A stretch of DNA of 64,000 nt from an uncultured virus (IMG/VR IMGVR_UViG_3300042363_000251) (taxonomy: Duplodnaviria > Heunggongvirae > Uroviricota > Caudoviricetes). Below, in pieces: positions 1 to 10,005 of this stretch. The first letter of the stretch is position 1, and the number at the start of each line of letters is the position of its first letter. The position numbers and the translations under genes were made by a program. The stretch is taken from the IMG/VR virus record IMGVR_UViG_3300042363_000251. One strand, written 5' to 3'. Below the pieces are notes generated by a model, which was not told where the DNA came from, searched no databases, and saw only the letters and a list, made by a program, of their open reading frames with translations.

Positions 1-56
1 AATGAAATCCATAAGTGATATGTATATTTATCAAATCTGTAAATTTATAGAACAAT

Positions 57-81
57 AAAAAAGGGGCCTAAGCCCCTTTTT
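57..81. terminator. Intrinsic terminator (bidirectional) after the glycosyltransferase gene
   Basis: GGGGC-CTAA-GCCCC stem flanked by an A-run and a T-run. Confidence 0.85.
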
Positions 82-95
82 ATGTCAAAATATTA

Positions 96-989
96 TTATT
101 TTACTTCATTTCCTGCTTGATCTACCAGTTTCATTCCTTTAGCTTTTTGTGCTTCTAGATACATAGGTCCAATAGTATTCAACAAATGGTCTTGATTTTC
201 CTGGCAGAAGGTATAAGTACCTGTGTGTCTTAACAAAACTCGTTTGTCAACCCAAATTCTACCACCTAGATCACGCCAATTTTCACACATAGTCCAGTCT
301 TCTGAATAATATCTGTTTTGCCTTACTGCTGTGTCAAAGTAAGTTTTCAAGTACTTGTCATATTTAGGGTCAAGACCAATATCATTCTTATACTGCTTCA
401 CAGCAGGATGTCCGTTCATTTTTTCAAATACATGCTTCTTGGTTAATAAAAATCCAGTACCTGCTTTACTTACTTCTTGTAAACCATCGGCGCCTTCTTC
501 TGCTCCATCAAACCCGTTTACTACCCATTTAATTGGCATAGTTTTCATCGGGTAAAGTCCACCGATTACATCTACATCTCTGTTTAATAGAACCAGTAGA
601 TGCCATGGCTCCCAACCAATATCAGCGTCAATAAACATCAAGTGAGATGATTCAGGCATTTCTAAGAACTTGGCAGTCAGTGTATTTCTAGCTCTGCTAA
701 TTAGCGACTCGTTTACCATTGTCTCAAGAGTCCAGTCAATGCCTAACTGTCTAGCAGTGTTAGCCCACTTGATATAACTCATGAATGTAGATTCTGTTAA
801 CATGCCACCGTAGCAGGGCATTGCCAAATGTGCTCTTGTAGTTCTTAAAAAATCTACATTGACTTGAACTTGATTTTGTGCGGGAGCTTCAGTGCCGCCG
901 ATGCTTGCTGCTTGTGGTGCTTTATCAGCTAGTTCCTGAACTGCTTCTACTGGAATAGCTTTGTCTTGATTTGTTTTACGTTTTGCCAT
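96..989 (-). CDS. GT-A fold glycosyltransferase-like protein
   Basis: AMPCYGG N-terminal strand, LISRARN, LMFIDADIGW (DxD motif), GTGFLL, YYSEDW, LRHTG; the pattern is typical of phage GT2-like proteins. Confidence 0.75.
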   Translation of the reverse strand: MAKRKTNQDKAIPVEAVQELADKAPQAASIGGTEAPAQNQVQVNVDFLRTTRAHLAMPCYGGMLTESTFMSYIKWANTARQLGIDWTLETMVNESLISRARNTLTAKFLEMPESSHLMFIDADIGWEPWHLLVLLNRDVDVIGGLYPMKTMPIKWVVNGFDGAEEGADGLQEVSKAGTGFLLTKKHVFEKMNGHPAVKQYKNDIGLDPKYDKYLKTYFDTAVRQNRYYSEDWTMCENWRDLGGRIWVDKRVLLRHTGTYTFCQENQDHLLNTIGPMYLEAQKAKGMKLVDQAGNEVK

Positions 990-1041
990 GTTATCCTCTT
1001 CAAATAAGTAATATTATTTACTATCTGAAGAGGACATCAAA

Positions 1042-2310
1042 TTATTTTTCTGAGATATAATCTGTAGATTCGTTAACTTGACTTATATCAATAGAACGAT
1101 TTTTAGCTATAGGTCTGTTACCTTGCTTGGTTTTAAAGTTTTCATATTCAACTAATGCTTTTAACATGTTTTCTACTACACCAGCTTCGTACAGTGAATG
1201 ATACAAATTGCTGTATCTTTTTTCTTTGATCATTTCTACCATACTAGAAAACTTTCTTGTTAAGTTAGATAAAAGTGATTGTTCATCCCAAGTACCCATA
1301 CCGCCGTCTGGTACAATCAAATGACCTTGTTCTGGATCGTTAATAAGAGTTGCTTCTTCAACATCCATTGACTCAAACTGATCTCTATCACTAGCCACTC
1401 TTCTTTCGCTTCCCTGACTTGGAAAACTATTACTTGATGAATTATTATTCTGTGTATTACTCTGTTTCTGTTTGGCTACTTTTGCAGCGGCCATATCTTG
1501 TGCTTTTGCTTTAATACGATTTAAGTCTCTTCTATCTAAAACAAAACCGTCTTCATTCTCTGCGCGATCAACCAATGCTTCATAATACTGTTTAGTTAGT
1601 TGCGTATACTGTTGTATGTTATCCATATCAGAAGTTTGAGCATTAGCTCCCAATGATGCTAATGCTAAAGCACCCCCTGCTACAACGTCTTTCCAGCCCT
1701 CCGCTACACCTTCTTCATTTACTTGATCACCAATAATACCGGCATCTAACATTTTTACTGCTACATCAGCCAGCTTTTTGTTTTGTTGTGTTCTAGGGTA
1801 TAAACTCATTACCATTGCTAATTTTTGTCTTTCGTTTAAGTTAGGCCAAGCGTTTCTTATTTCTGTCGCGCTTTTAATACCGGGTCCAAACTCAATAGTC
1901 GGTAAGTATTCCATGTAAGCATGTTTATTAAAAGATTCTAAATTATCGGGATCATATGGTTGAAAGTATGAAGGTGATCCATCTTTTTTAGTACCACCGG
2001 GCTTAGGCTGTTCGTCTCTATCTTTTTCGCTTCTAACAAATATTAATACATCTTGTTCAGGATTATATTTTTGAGTAATTTCTTCAGCTTTGAAAGGACT
2101 TTTTACTTGAACAAATTGATCAGGATTAACTCCAGCTAATTGTGCTAGTTTCTTTTTAATTTCAAAAGGGAACGGACGAGTTTTGGTATCGTTAGTAGCT
2201 GCTAAGTATACATCAGCATCAGGAAACTTTTCTTCTGCTGCTTTAAACAGCGAATAATGTCCTGCATGATACGGGTGATAGCCACCTGGAAGTACTACGA
2301 TCTTTTTCAT
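1042..2310 (-). CDS. HIGH-motif (cytidylyltransferase-like) nucleotidyltransferase with additional C-terminal modules
   Basis: N-terminal VVLPGGYHPYHAGH (HxGH) and later KSATEIR (SAT/SxT motif). Confidence 0.7.
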   Translation of the reverse strand: MKKIVVLPGGYHPYHAGHYSLFKAAEEKFPDADVYLAATNDTKTRPFPFEIKKKLAQLAGVNPDQFVQVKSPFKAEEITQKYNPEQDVLIFVRSEKDRDEQPKPGGTKKDGSPSYFQPYDPDNLESFNKHAYMEYLPTIEFGPGIKSATEIRNAWPNLNERQKLAMVMSLYPRTQQNKKLADVAVKMLDAGIIGDQVNEEGVAEGWKDVVAGGALALASLGANAQTSDMDNIQQYTQLTKQYYEALVDRAENEDGFVLDRRDLNRIKAKAQDMAAAKVAKQKQSNTQNNNSSSNSFPSQGSERRVASDRDQFESMDVEEATLINDPEQGHLIVPDGGMGTWDEQSLLSNLTRKFSSMVEMIKEKRYSNLYHSLYEAGVVENMLKALVEYENFKTKQGNRPIAKNRSIDISQVNESTDYISEK

Positions 2311-2318
2311 GTTAGTCC

Positions 2319-2687
2319 TTAATAAGAAATTTTAACATATTGTACAACGCCGTTAGCAAAGTCTTTTATCTTTGCTCTCATATACACAAAATTTCCAGTA
2401 ATATTTTGATATGCGTTTATTGTACTGTTTGTGTTGGAATTGTTATCAGCTTCTACTTCATAAACCTTGAACCAATCACCTGATCCCGGTTCAGTAGCAA
2501 GAGTAGCTTCAATTTCTAAGTTACCAGTGACATTTGTAAAACTATAAGTTATAGTTTGCAAGTCTTGATTACCCAAATAATAAGCAGCGGCGGGTTGAGC
2601 ATTACCAGTAACAGTATACACATTAGCGGTTCCGCCACCGTCGTATGTAGTTTGCGGTAATAGAATGAGTGTAGAAGTTTGTGACAT
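2319..2687 (-). CDS. Hypothetical beta-rich, probably virion protein
   Basis: 122-aa ORF in a late operon, Thr/Asn-rich; C-terminal IEATL...WFKV...GNFVYMRA resembles the C-terminus of 49274..50041. Confidence 0.55.
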   Translation of the reverse strand: MSQTSTLILLPQTTYDGGGTANVYTVTGNAQPAAAYYLGNQDLQTITYSFTNVTGNLEIEATLATEPGSGDWFKVYEVEADNNSNTNSTINAYQNITGNFVYMRAKIKDFANGVVQYVKISY

Positions 2688-2848
2688 TAGGCTTTTTCAA
2701 CCTCAACTATCACACTATCACCTACCAACTCTTGAGCAACTTGTTCTAGCGCCGCTTGTAAATCATTAGTTACAATACCCTGAGTAACATCGTCTTTTAC
2801 TAATTTGCTTAGCTTGATTACGATGATTTCTTCTACGATTTTAGCCAT
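2687..2848 (-). CDS. Small hypothetical protein (53 aa, MAKIVEEIIVIKLSKLVK...EVEKA), not in the ORF track
   Basis: Read manually: ATG at 2848; its TAA overlaps the next ATG (TAATG); late motif GATAAATA about 30 nt upstream. Confidence 0.75.
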   Translation of the reverse strand: MAKIVEEIIVIKLSKLVKDDVTQGIVTNDLQAALEQVAQELVGDSVIVEVEKA

Positions 2849-2883
2849 GTAAATACCCTATAAATATATAGAGTATTTATCTC

Positions 2884-3564
2884 TTAAGGACGTTTTTCTA
2901 ACTTATAATTTTTACCCAAGCATTCGTTAAAAAGTAAGTGCATTAATGTTAGTGTACTAGGGTCATTGTAGTTAATAAAGTAATTGTTAGTCAAATATTT
3001 ACGATACCTTATACCCCAACGATTACTATTAACATAATCTTTTAATGCGCCACATAATTGTATATCTAGTGAATACTCATATCTTTTGCTAAAGTCTCTT
3101 AAATCCGATATCAAAGTTTCATTTACTCTGATACCTTTTAAGTATACTCTAAACTTAAAAGAGGGGTCTTTTGCAAAATACATTATTGCAGGCGGAGCCG
3201 GTAATGCTTGAATTATTTCTATGTTGTTATCAATTTGATACAACTCTTTTAAAATATCTATATTAGAAGTATAAACAGATAATGCTAAATGATCATGTAA
3301 AAAAGTAACTTCTTTATTACATGAATAGTTATTATAAAACCCTATTAGCTTTTCACATACATCTAAGTTGAGTTGAGTTAGCTTAGGTACTGGTACCTTA
3401 TACCAAGCAGTTGAATTATTTTTTCGTGCCATGCTGATCTTTCGTTTAAAATGATCCAAGTCCCTAGTGTTAGAAACAAATCTAACACCAAGGTACTTTA
3501 AAATCACACGATAACAAAACTTATTATAAAAAAGCTTATTACGCTCAGTCAGGGTTATGTTCAC
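2884..3564 (-). CDS. Hypothetical protein
   Basis: 226-aa ORF overlapping the clpA 3' end; two loosely repeated (F)x(Y/F)RVxL modules. Confidence 0.65.
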   Translation of the reverse strand: MNITLTERNKLFYNKFCYRVILKYLGVRFVSNTRDLDHFKRKISMARKNNSTAWYKVPVPKLTQLNLDVCEKLIGFYNNYSCNKEVTFLHDHLALSVYTSNIDILKELYQIDNNIEIIQALPAPPAIMYFAKDPSFKFRVYLKGIRVNETLISDLRDFSKRYEYSLDIQLCGALKDYVNSNRWGIRYRKYLTNNYFINYNDPSTLTLMHLLFNECLGKNYKLEKRP

Positions 3565-5824
3565 TACTAACCTCTATAATACCTTGATCATTAAGTTTAG
3601 CTGTTACTTTGTTGGTCACATTAAACACAATTTCATCATTTTCAATGATAGCCATGATGTTTGAATCTTTAATGCGTTCAAACAAAATCTTTTTACTCAA
3701 GGGTACTCTGATCATTTCATCAATCTTACGAGCCAGGGGTCTTGCTCCCATTTTGTTATCATAACCTTTATCAGCTAGATATTCAATAACCGGTTCGCTC
3801 AAGTTAAGAGTAATGTTGTGTTTTTCCAACAAGCTCTTTTTAACATCTTCAGTAAACTTAATAACAATCTTTTTAATAGAAAGCATATCAAGCTTTTTAA
3901 ACTTGCAAACCATGTCTAATCTGTTTCTAAACTCTGGCTTAAAAAAGTCTTTAAGTGCTTTATCATCTTCACCAGTTTTTTCTTGTGTACCAAATCCAAT
4001 GGCGTTCTTTTCGCTATCAGCCGAACCTAGGTTAGAAGTCAAGATAATAACAGTGTTCTTACAACTAACTTTCTTACCATTAGACCCAGTGATCGTACCT
4101 TCGTCAAGAATTTGCAAAAAGATATTAAAAATATCTGGATGTGCTTTTTCAACTTCGTCAAACAACATGATAGCATGTGGATTCTTGCTTAGATCAGAGA
4201 TAAGTCTTCCTCCCTGAACCTGACTATCACCGAAACCAACATATCCCGGAGGAGGTCCGATCAATGATGATACTGAATGCTTTTCACTGTATTCGCTCAT
4301 GTCGTATTTGAGCAATGGCATTTCTAGATTCTTACTTAAGAGTTTAGCCAATTCAGTTTTACCAGTACCTGTCGGGCCTAAGAACAAAAAGCTTGCAATG
4401 GGCTTAGTTTCATTACCAATGCCTGCAAATGATACATACACTCGCTCAAGAACCTTATCAACTGTGTCATCTTGACCGTATAGTTTTGATTTAATGCCCG
4501 CGTCCAAATTATTAATGCGTTCATAGTTGTTGTTTGAAAGCTTGTCAGCAGGAACCCCTGTATATTTTTCTACTTGTTCATGAATAAGCTCTTTAGTTAT
4601 TTTAGCTTCTTTGTTGCCTAAGACTCGTTGCTTGGCACACGCAGCATCTAGCAAGTCAATTGCTTTGTCGGGATTTTTGCGATCATGAATATAACGATCA
4701 GCACTTTCTACTGCTGCTTTAATAGCTTCTTCTGTAATATCTACAGAGTGAAAATCGTTTAATCTTGCTGACAATCCATTTAAGATTCTAATAGTAGAAT
4801 CATGTGATGGTTCATCAATTGAAATTTTGTAGAACCTGCGCATCAAAGCACGATCTTTCTCAAAAGATTCGTAAAACTCTTCCCAAGTTGTTGATGCTAT
4901 AACTTTTAAGTTACCTTTAGTAATAGCTGGTTTAATCATATTAGCAAAGTCAACTGATCCGTTACTTGTGCCGCCTGCTTGCATGGTATGTGCTTCATCA
5001 ATAAACAAGATAGCATTTTTCTTAGTTGCCAATGCTTCTAACACAGTTTTTACTTTTTCTTCAAAATCACCGCGATATCTAGAACCAGCAAGTAAACTAC
5101 CTATTTCAAGAGAATACAATTCAAATCCTTCTAGAAACTCGGGAATATCCCCACTAATAATAGCGTTTGCTATACCTTCAGCAATTGCAGTTTTACCTAC
5201 ACCTGGATCACCTACCATAAGTACATTAGCTTTAAATCTTTTAGCTAACACATTTACAATGTCATCTATTTCTTTTGATCTACCGATAACTGGTTCTAGT
5301 TTATTTTCTCTTGCTAATTGAGTAAGATTAATAGTAAACTCTTCCAAAATATCATCAGCTTGATTAGATGTTAAAGAAGTAGTGTAGTCGCCACCTTTAT
5401 AATTCTTTTGCCAGTGCTGCGCAAACTCATTTCTAAAAACACCATACTTTAACAAAAAGTAATGGGCATGTGAGTTGTTTTCAGAAGTTAAACTAAGATA
5501 CAAATCAATAGTAGTTACTTGTTTTCTATTAGTAAAAAGAACTTGGGTAACACTACGATTCATTGCTCGTTCTAATGTATTCGTTCTTTTGGGAGTAACA
5601 TTAAGTTCAACAGATTCAATAGAATGTAATCCATCTAAGTAAGAACTTATCTCATCAGTCATCAATCCTGTGTCTATTCCAAAAGAGTTTAAACATTTTT
5701 TAAAGGGAGGATGAATAACTAATGCAAGCAATAAATGCTCTAGTGTTACATACTCGTGTTTGCGGGATTTTGCTTGTTCTATTGCCTGTTCAATGATACT
5801 TTCAATTTCGGGACTGGTGTTCAA
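3545..5824 (-). CDS. clpA: ATP-dependent Clp protease ATPase subunit ClpA
   Basis: Clp N-domain (HEYVTLEHLLLAL), two AAA+ domains (GDPGVGKT/IDEAH and GPTGTGKT/FDEVEK), IGF ClpP-docking loop, GARPL; no ClpB middle domain; TTG start with AGGAG SD. Confidence 0.93.
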   Translation of the reverse strand: MNTSPEIESIIEQAIEQAKSRKHEYVTLEHLLLALVIHPPFKKCLNSFGIDTGLMTDEISSYLDGLHSIESVELNVTPKRTNTLERAMNRSVTQVLFTNRKQVTTIDLYLSLTSENNSHAHYFLLKYGVFRNEFAQHWQKNYKGGDYTTSLTSNQADDILEEFTINLTQLARENKLEPVIGRSKEIDDIVNVLAKRFKANVLMVGDPGVGKTAIAEGIANAIISGDIPEFLEGFELYSLEIGSLLAGSRYRGDFEEKVKTVLEALATKKNAILFIDEAHTMQAGGTSNGSVDFANMIKPAITKGNLKVIASTTWEEFYESFEKDRALMRRFYKISIDEPSHDSTIRILNGLSARLNDFHSVDITEEAIKAAVESADRYIHDRKNPDKAIDLLDAACAKQRVLGNKEAKITKELIHEQVEKYTGVPADKLSNNNYERINNLDAGIKSKLYGQDDTVDKVLERVYVSFAGIGNETKPIASFLFLGPTGTGKTELAKLLSKNLEMPLLKYDMSEYSEKHSVSSLIGPPPGYVGFGDSQVQGGRLISDLSKNPHAIMLFDEVEKAHPDIFNIFLQILDEGTITGSNGKKVSCKNTVIILTSNLGSADSEKNAIGFGTQEKTGEDDKALKDFFKPEFRNRLDMVCKFKKLDMLSIKKIVIKFTEDVKKSLLEKHNITLNLSEPVIEYLADKGYDNKMGARPLARKIDEMIRVPLSKKILFERIKDSNIMAIIENDEIVFNVTNKVTAKLNDQGIIEVSSEHNPD

Positions 5825-5841
5825 CTTTTACTCCTTTTGAT

Positions 5842-6633
5842 TTATTTGGTTGTTCTTTCTAAATGATCGTTAATAGCTGTAGTTATTTCATGACTTATAT
5901 TATCAGGCATATAAGGTTTTAGCAAGATAAATTGGTCTCCGTATCCATTTTTTTTATCGGGCATACCTGCTTTGGGTATTTTAAGTTGCATATAAGGTTG
6001 TGTTTTGGGATTTATTTTAACTTCTAGAATTCGTTGATCTATTGTTGTAAACTTAAACTTAGTACCAACTATTAAATCTAATATAGAAATGGAATAGTGA
6101 GAGTACAAATCATTTCCTTTTCTGTCAAATCTCAAATCAGGTAAAACAACAAATTGCACTAACAATATTGCATTTTCTATTACATCGTCATATCTAATAG
6201 AATCTCCGGTTTCAATTCCTGGAGGTACATTAATATTTATTATTTTACTACCAGAATGAGTAGACAACTGCAAAACATGTGTAGATCCTTTAAAAGCATC
6301 TACTAATGACACACTAACTTGAGTTTTAAATGTTTGTTTTTGATTATGGGCATAGTTGTGTTGTCTACCTCCGAAAAACTGACTAAAGATAGTATCAAAT
6401 TCAGCGGAATTCATATTAAACCCAAATTGCTGCTGATTTCTAGATGGGTTATCGTACTGTTGTCTTTTTATTGGGTCGCCCAATGTATCATATGCTTCTT
6501 GGATTTTTTTGAATTGAACATCATCTCCGTTATTTCGGTCAGGATGATATTTCATAGCTAATTTTTTATAGGCTTTTTTGATATCTTCTTGAGAAGATTT
6601 ATTGTCTATGCCTAATATTGAATAATATTCCAT
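5842..6633 (-). CDS. dnaJ: DnaJ-class co-chaperone (type II, CbpA-like, no Zn finger)
   Basis: J domain with KYHPD, short G/F-rich linker, DnaJ C-terminal domain. Confidence 0.9.
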   Translation of the reverse strand: MEYYSILGIDNKSSQEDIKKAYKKLAMKYHPDRNNGDDVQFKKIQEAYDTLGDPIKRQQYDNPSRNQQQFGFNMNSAEFDTIFSQFFGGRQHNYAHNQKQTFKTQVSVSLVDAFKGSTHVLQLSTHSGSKIININVPPGIETGDSIRYDDVIENAILLVQFVVLPDLRFDRKGNDLYSHYSISILDLIVGTKFKFTTIDQRILEVKINPKTQPYMQLKIPKAGMPDKKNGYGDQFILLKPYMPDNISHEITTAINDHLERTTK

Positions 6634-6638
6634 TGTTT

Positions 6639-6667
6639 ATTATACAACACGATTTAGATAATGTCAA
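6639..6667 (-). promoter_or_regulatory. Sigma70-type promoter for dnaJ-clpA
   Basis: TTGACA-17nt-TATAAT, ending 5 nt before the ATG. Confidence 0.85.
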
Positions 6668-6671
6668 TGGT

Positions 6672-7214
6672 TTAAAGCCCTGCGGACATAATAAAATCTT
6701 TTAATAGTGCGTCTTTTTCCCCAAAAAGTTTTTTAGGTTCTAATCCAGCTGCTACTCGCATTTCATTAAGTTCTGATTCATCTTCTTTTTCGGATTTGTA
6801 CTCGTTTGGGTTTAGAATAACCTTTTCTCGTATTATTTCTTCACTAGCTGGGTATTCTTTGCTATCAATTTGTATTACCCAATCTTTCATTTGTATTCCA
6901 GTAAGTGTTTTTAAATCGTTTAATAATTCAATAACACGCTGAGGTACTCTTGATCTTCTGTCCAATTCTACGAACACTACATACTTTCCCGGAGCAAGCT
7001 CACCTTCACTAGTACTAGCATCAATAACAAAATCATAACCCTTTTCAAACCAAGATACCAAATCTTCACCTGCCAATTCGGATTTTACAATAAATGACAG
7101 TGTTACTACCTCGTGATCTGGACCCATTTTAGCAGCATATTCATCTATAGAAATCTTAGATTCTAATTGTCCTTCCATATCCAAATAATCTAAACTTTCT
7201 TTTATAATAGTCAT
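6672..7214 (-). CDS. Conserved-type hypothetical phage protein
   Basis: 180-aa ORF translationally coupled to the upstream gene. Confidence 0.7.
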   Translation of the reverse strand: MTIIKESLDYLDMEGQLESKISIDEYAAKMGPDHEVVTLSFIVKSELAGEDLVSWFEKGYDFVIDASTSEGELAPGKYVVFVELDRRSRVPQRVIELLNDLKTLTGIQMKDWVIQIDSKEYPASEEIIREKVILNPNEYKSEKEDESELNEMRVAAGLEPKKLFGEKDALLKDFIMSAGL

Positions 7215-7799
7215 TTATATCTGCTCTGATGGTAATGCTGGTTGATCCATATCTTCTTGTTCAGAATCTTCTATTTTTGACGCATCTTTGTCTAAATCTT
7301 CGTTATATGCATCTTCAATATCTGCTAAGTCAATAGTGCTATCTGCTAAGTCAATAGATCCCTCTTTAATAGAATCCATTAGTGCTAAAGGTATTTCTAT
7401 TTTTACGAACCAAACTTTTCTTTCTTTCATCTTGGGATAATTACCGCCCGGGACCAAGTCTTCATAGTCTCTTACTTCAACTGGAACTTTTATTTCAGAT
7501 TTAGCAAATTCTACTTTGCATCCAATCTTTAATAATCTTACAGCACCTCTGGGATCAGGCATCATTTTGTACGGCCACATGAAAATGCAAGTTGCTGTGT
7601 ATCTTCCTACATCAGGACCTTGAACTAACTCACCGTTAATCCAATTTTTAAATGCATAAACATCAGCATCATCTATAACTCTTTCATAGTCTAACAAAGT
7701 GGACATTGTGCCGTCACTAGTGTATATACCTTTTACAGTATCTACGATACTAATAAAGTTAATGGTGTCAAAGAATTTATCTGCGGTTTTTGTTTTCAT
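7215..7799 (-). CDS. Hypothetical phage protein with acidic tail (start revised to 7799, MKTKTAD)
   Basis: ORF track 7215..7814; the late motif TAAATA at 7805-7810 lies 5 nt upstream of the ATG at 7799. Confidence 0.7.
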   Translation of the reverse strand: MKTKTADKFFDTINFISIVDTVKGIYTSDGTMSTLLDYERVIDDADVYAFKNWINGELVQGPDVGRYTATCIFMWPYKMMPDPRGAVRLLKIGCKVEFAKSEIKVPVEVRDYEDLVPGGNYPKMKERKVWFVKIEIPLALMDSIKEGSIDLADSTIDLADIEDAYNEDLDKDASKIEDSEQEDMDQPALPSEQI

Positions 7800-7965
7800 A
7801 TACTTATTTATCACTTATTATAAAACACAACGGTAAAAATACTTAATCGGAACATTCATATATTTATCATAAGCTAACTACTTTTAATAGTACAGTCTTA
7901 CGCGCATATTACCTACTTAAATATTAATGAAGCATAGCTTCATGTAAAACAAAAGGAGAACACAC

Positions 7966-8757
7966 TTGAGCAAAAGAAAAACCGGTGCATTACGAAAGAA
8001 AGATCCAAGATTCACTAGACAAGAAATGAACTCGTATGATGATAGTAAAACATTCTATACTAAAGAATCTAAAACAGTGATAGATTTTAATCAAGCTCAG
8101 CAAAAACAAAAACCCCGCAGAAAAATTGAACTTATTCCAAAAAGCGTAAACCAAGAAAAATATATTTTATCACTTACTGATCCAGAAAAAGATGTAGTTA
8201 TCTCTTCAGGACCAGCAGGTACAGGTAAAACTTATCTAGCGGTATTAGCTGCTATACAAGCATTACGAGACGGGGAATGCGAAAAGATAATATTGACGAG
8301 GCCGGCGGTATCAGTAGACGATGAAGATCATGGATTCTTACCAGGAGACTTAAATCAGAAGATGGAACCATGGGTGCGTCCTTTATATGATGTTCTCAAT
8401 GAATTTTATAGTGCAACAGAATTAAAGTATATGTTAGACGAACATGTGATAGAAATTACACCACTTGGTTTTTGTCGAGGCAGAACTTTTAAAAATAGTT
8501 GGATTATTGTGGATGAAAGCCAGAATAGCACACCCGTTCAACTCAAGATGTTATTAACTAGAATAGGCGAAGGTAGTAAGATTATCATTACAGGCGACAT
8601 TGAACAAACAGATCGCCAAACATCTCAAAACGGCCTACTAGATTTAGTAACACGAGTAGAAAAATGTGCAGTGCCTGGAATGACTGTCTGCAAATTTGAC
8701 ACTAAAGATATAAGGAGGCATAAGATTATAGAACATATACTTAAGATGTACTCATAA
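7966..8757 (+). CDS. phoH: PhoH-family ATPase
   Basis: GPAGTGKT, LTRPAV, GFLPGDL, RGRTF, DESQN, LTRIGEGSK, GDIEQTD; TTG start with AAGGAG SD. Confidence 0.95.
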   Translation: MSKRKTGALRKKDPRFTRQEMNSYDDSKTFYTKESKTVIDFNQAQQKQKPRRKIELIPKSVNQEKYILSLTDPEKDVVISSGPAGTGKTYLAVLAAIQALRDGECEKIILTRPAVSVDDEDHGFLPGDLNQKMEPWVRPLYDVLNEFYSATELKYMLDEHVIEITPLGFCRGRTFKNSWIIVDESQNSTPVQLKMLLTRIGEGSKIIITGDIEQTDRQTSQNGLLDLVTRVEKCAVPGMTVCKFDTKDIRRHKIIEHILKMYS

Positions 8758-8785
8758 AATAAAACGGGGCTTAGCCCCGTTTTTT
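8758..8785. terminator. Bidirectional terminator between convergent genes
   Basis: AAAACGGGGC-TTA-GCCCCGTTTT. Confidence 0.88.
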
Positions 8786-9071
8786 ATTTTGTTTTCTTAA
8801 GTTTGGATAGTTGATTTTTTGTTATTATCGCTTCTTTTTCTAACTGATCAATGATATTAGGGTATATTTTTTTATAATAAATATTCATTTTGTCAAAATC
8901 AGTATCAACCTTTTTACCTTCAATTACACACTTTTCTACTTTTTTGTCCGCATAATCAATAATAACATTAGAAGTATTGATATCGGATTCTTGAAGTCGT
9001 TTGGATGTCTTAACCATTTCATCAATTTGACCACCCTTTCTTCTAAAAAATGATATTAACAAATAACGCAT
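8784..9071 (-). CDS. Hypothetical protein
   Basis: 95-aa ORF directly after the clamp loader gene. Confidence 0.7.
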   Translation of the reverse strand: MRYLLISFFRRKGGQIDEMVKTSKRLQESDINTSNVIIDYADKKVEKCVIEGKKVDTDFDKMNIYYKKIYPNIIDQLEKEAIITKNQLSKLKKTK

Positions 9072-9072
9072 T

Positions 9073-10002
9073 TTAACTCCCTGTTAGCTCAGCAAGTGTA
9101 GCTGCTAAACTTATTTCAGGTATACCCACAAGAGGAAGACTAGCCAAGCCATTTCTAATAGTGATAATAGACTGATCTTTCTTATCGTTAGTCTTACCCC
9201 AAAGATCAAGATTGTTGTACATCCACCGATATGTATTTTCTACTCTTGTTGGATAAAGAGCAATGTACTGCATTAGTTGCTGTCTACCTTCAAGAATCTT
9301 ACCTGTTTTAAATAACTGTGCAGCTTGAGTCAATAACTCTTCTTCACCATTACCTTCAGAATGAGGAGGTTGTAATTTTCCTGTACCTGAGTTAGCTTGT
9401 AGCTGATTCAAACACTTGCGCAAATCTGGATAACAGCCGCGAACATAGCTATCTAAGTCTTCTAGTGTAAAATCTATGTTTTCGGTAACAAGAACCGTTG
9501 CTGCTCTAGCAGTAAATTCAGTAATATCAGGTTTTGCAATGTGAAACTTAGTACATCTGCTTTCTCTTAGTGCAGGAATAATCTTGTGCTCATAGTTACA
9601 AGTAAGAATAAATCTTACTGTATTAGCATAAGCTTCCATATCGTTTCTAAGTGCTGCTTGAAACTCAGGAGAAGTGTAATCAGCTTCGTCTAGCAAGATA
9701 ACTTTGAATTTACCAAAAGGCATTGTTTCAGCAAAGTTATTGATTTTAGTTCTAACAATACCTACGCCGTTATCTCTAGAAGCGTTAATCTCCATTACAT
9801 CGTATTCTTCTACGCCAAGCTCTTTGATTAGAACTTTTGCCAGTGTAGTCTTACCGGTGCCTGGATCACCGGATAACAGTAAGTGAGGGATCATTCCATC
9901 TTTGATCCATTGATTAACGATTTGTTTTTGTCTTTCATCAACAAAAACATATTCATTTACAGATTTAGGCCTGTATGCCTCAACCCAAAGTCTATTCTTC
10001 AT
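9073..10002 (-). CDS. gp44: Clamp loader AAA+ subunit (RFC small subunit / T4 gp44-like)
   Basis: LWVEAYRP, GDPGTGKT, EINAS, ILLDEAD, ESRC. Confidence 0.93.
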   Translation of the reverse strand: MKNRLWVEAYRPKSVNEYVFVDERQKQIVNQWIKDGMIPHLLLSGDPGTGKTTLAKVLIKELGVEEYDVMEINASRDNGVGIVRTKINNFAETMPFGKFKVILLDEADYTSPEFQAALRNDMEAYANTVRFILTCNYEHKIIPALRESRCTKFHIAKPDITEFTARAATVLVTENIDFTLEDLDSYVRGCYPDLRKCLNQLQANSGTGKLQPPHSEGNGEEELLTQAAQLFKTGKILEGRQQLMQYIALYPTRVENTYRWMYNNLDLWGKTNDKKDQSIITIRNGLASLPLVGIPEISLAATLAELTGS

Positions 10003-10005
10003 TAA

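Noticed and set aside
3813..5321. Plus-strand ORFs antisense to clpA (and similar antisense ORFs throughout the track)
   Set aside because: Shadow frames of well-supported minus-strand genes, with no SD or motifs
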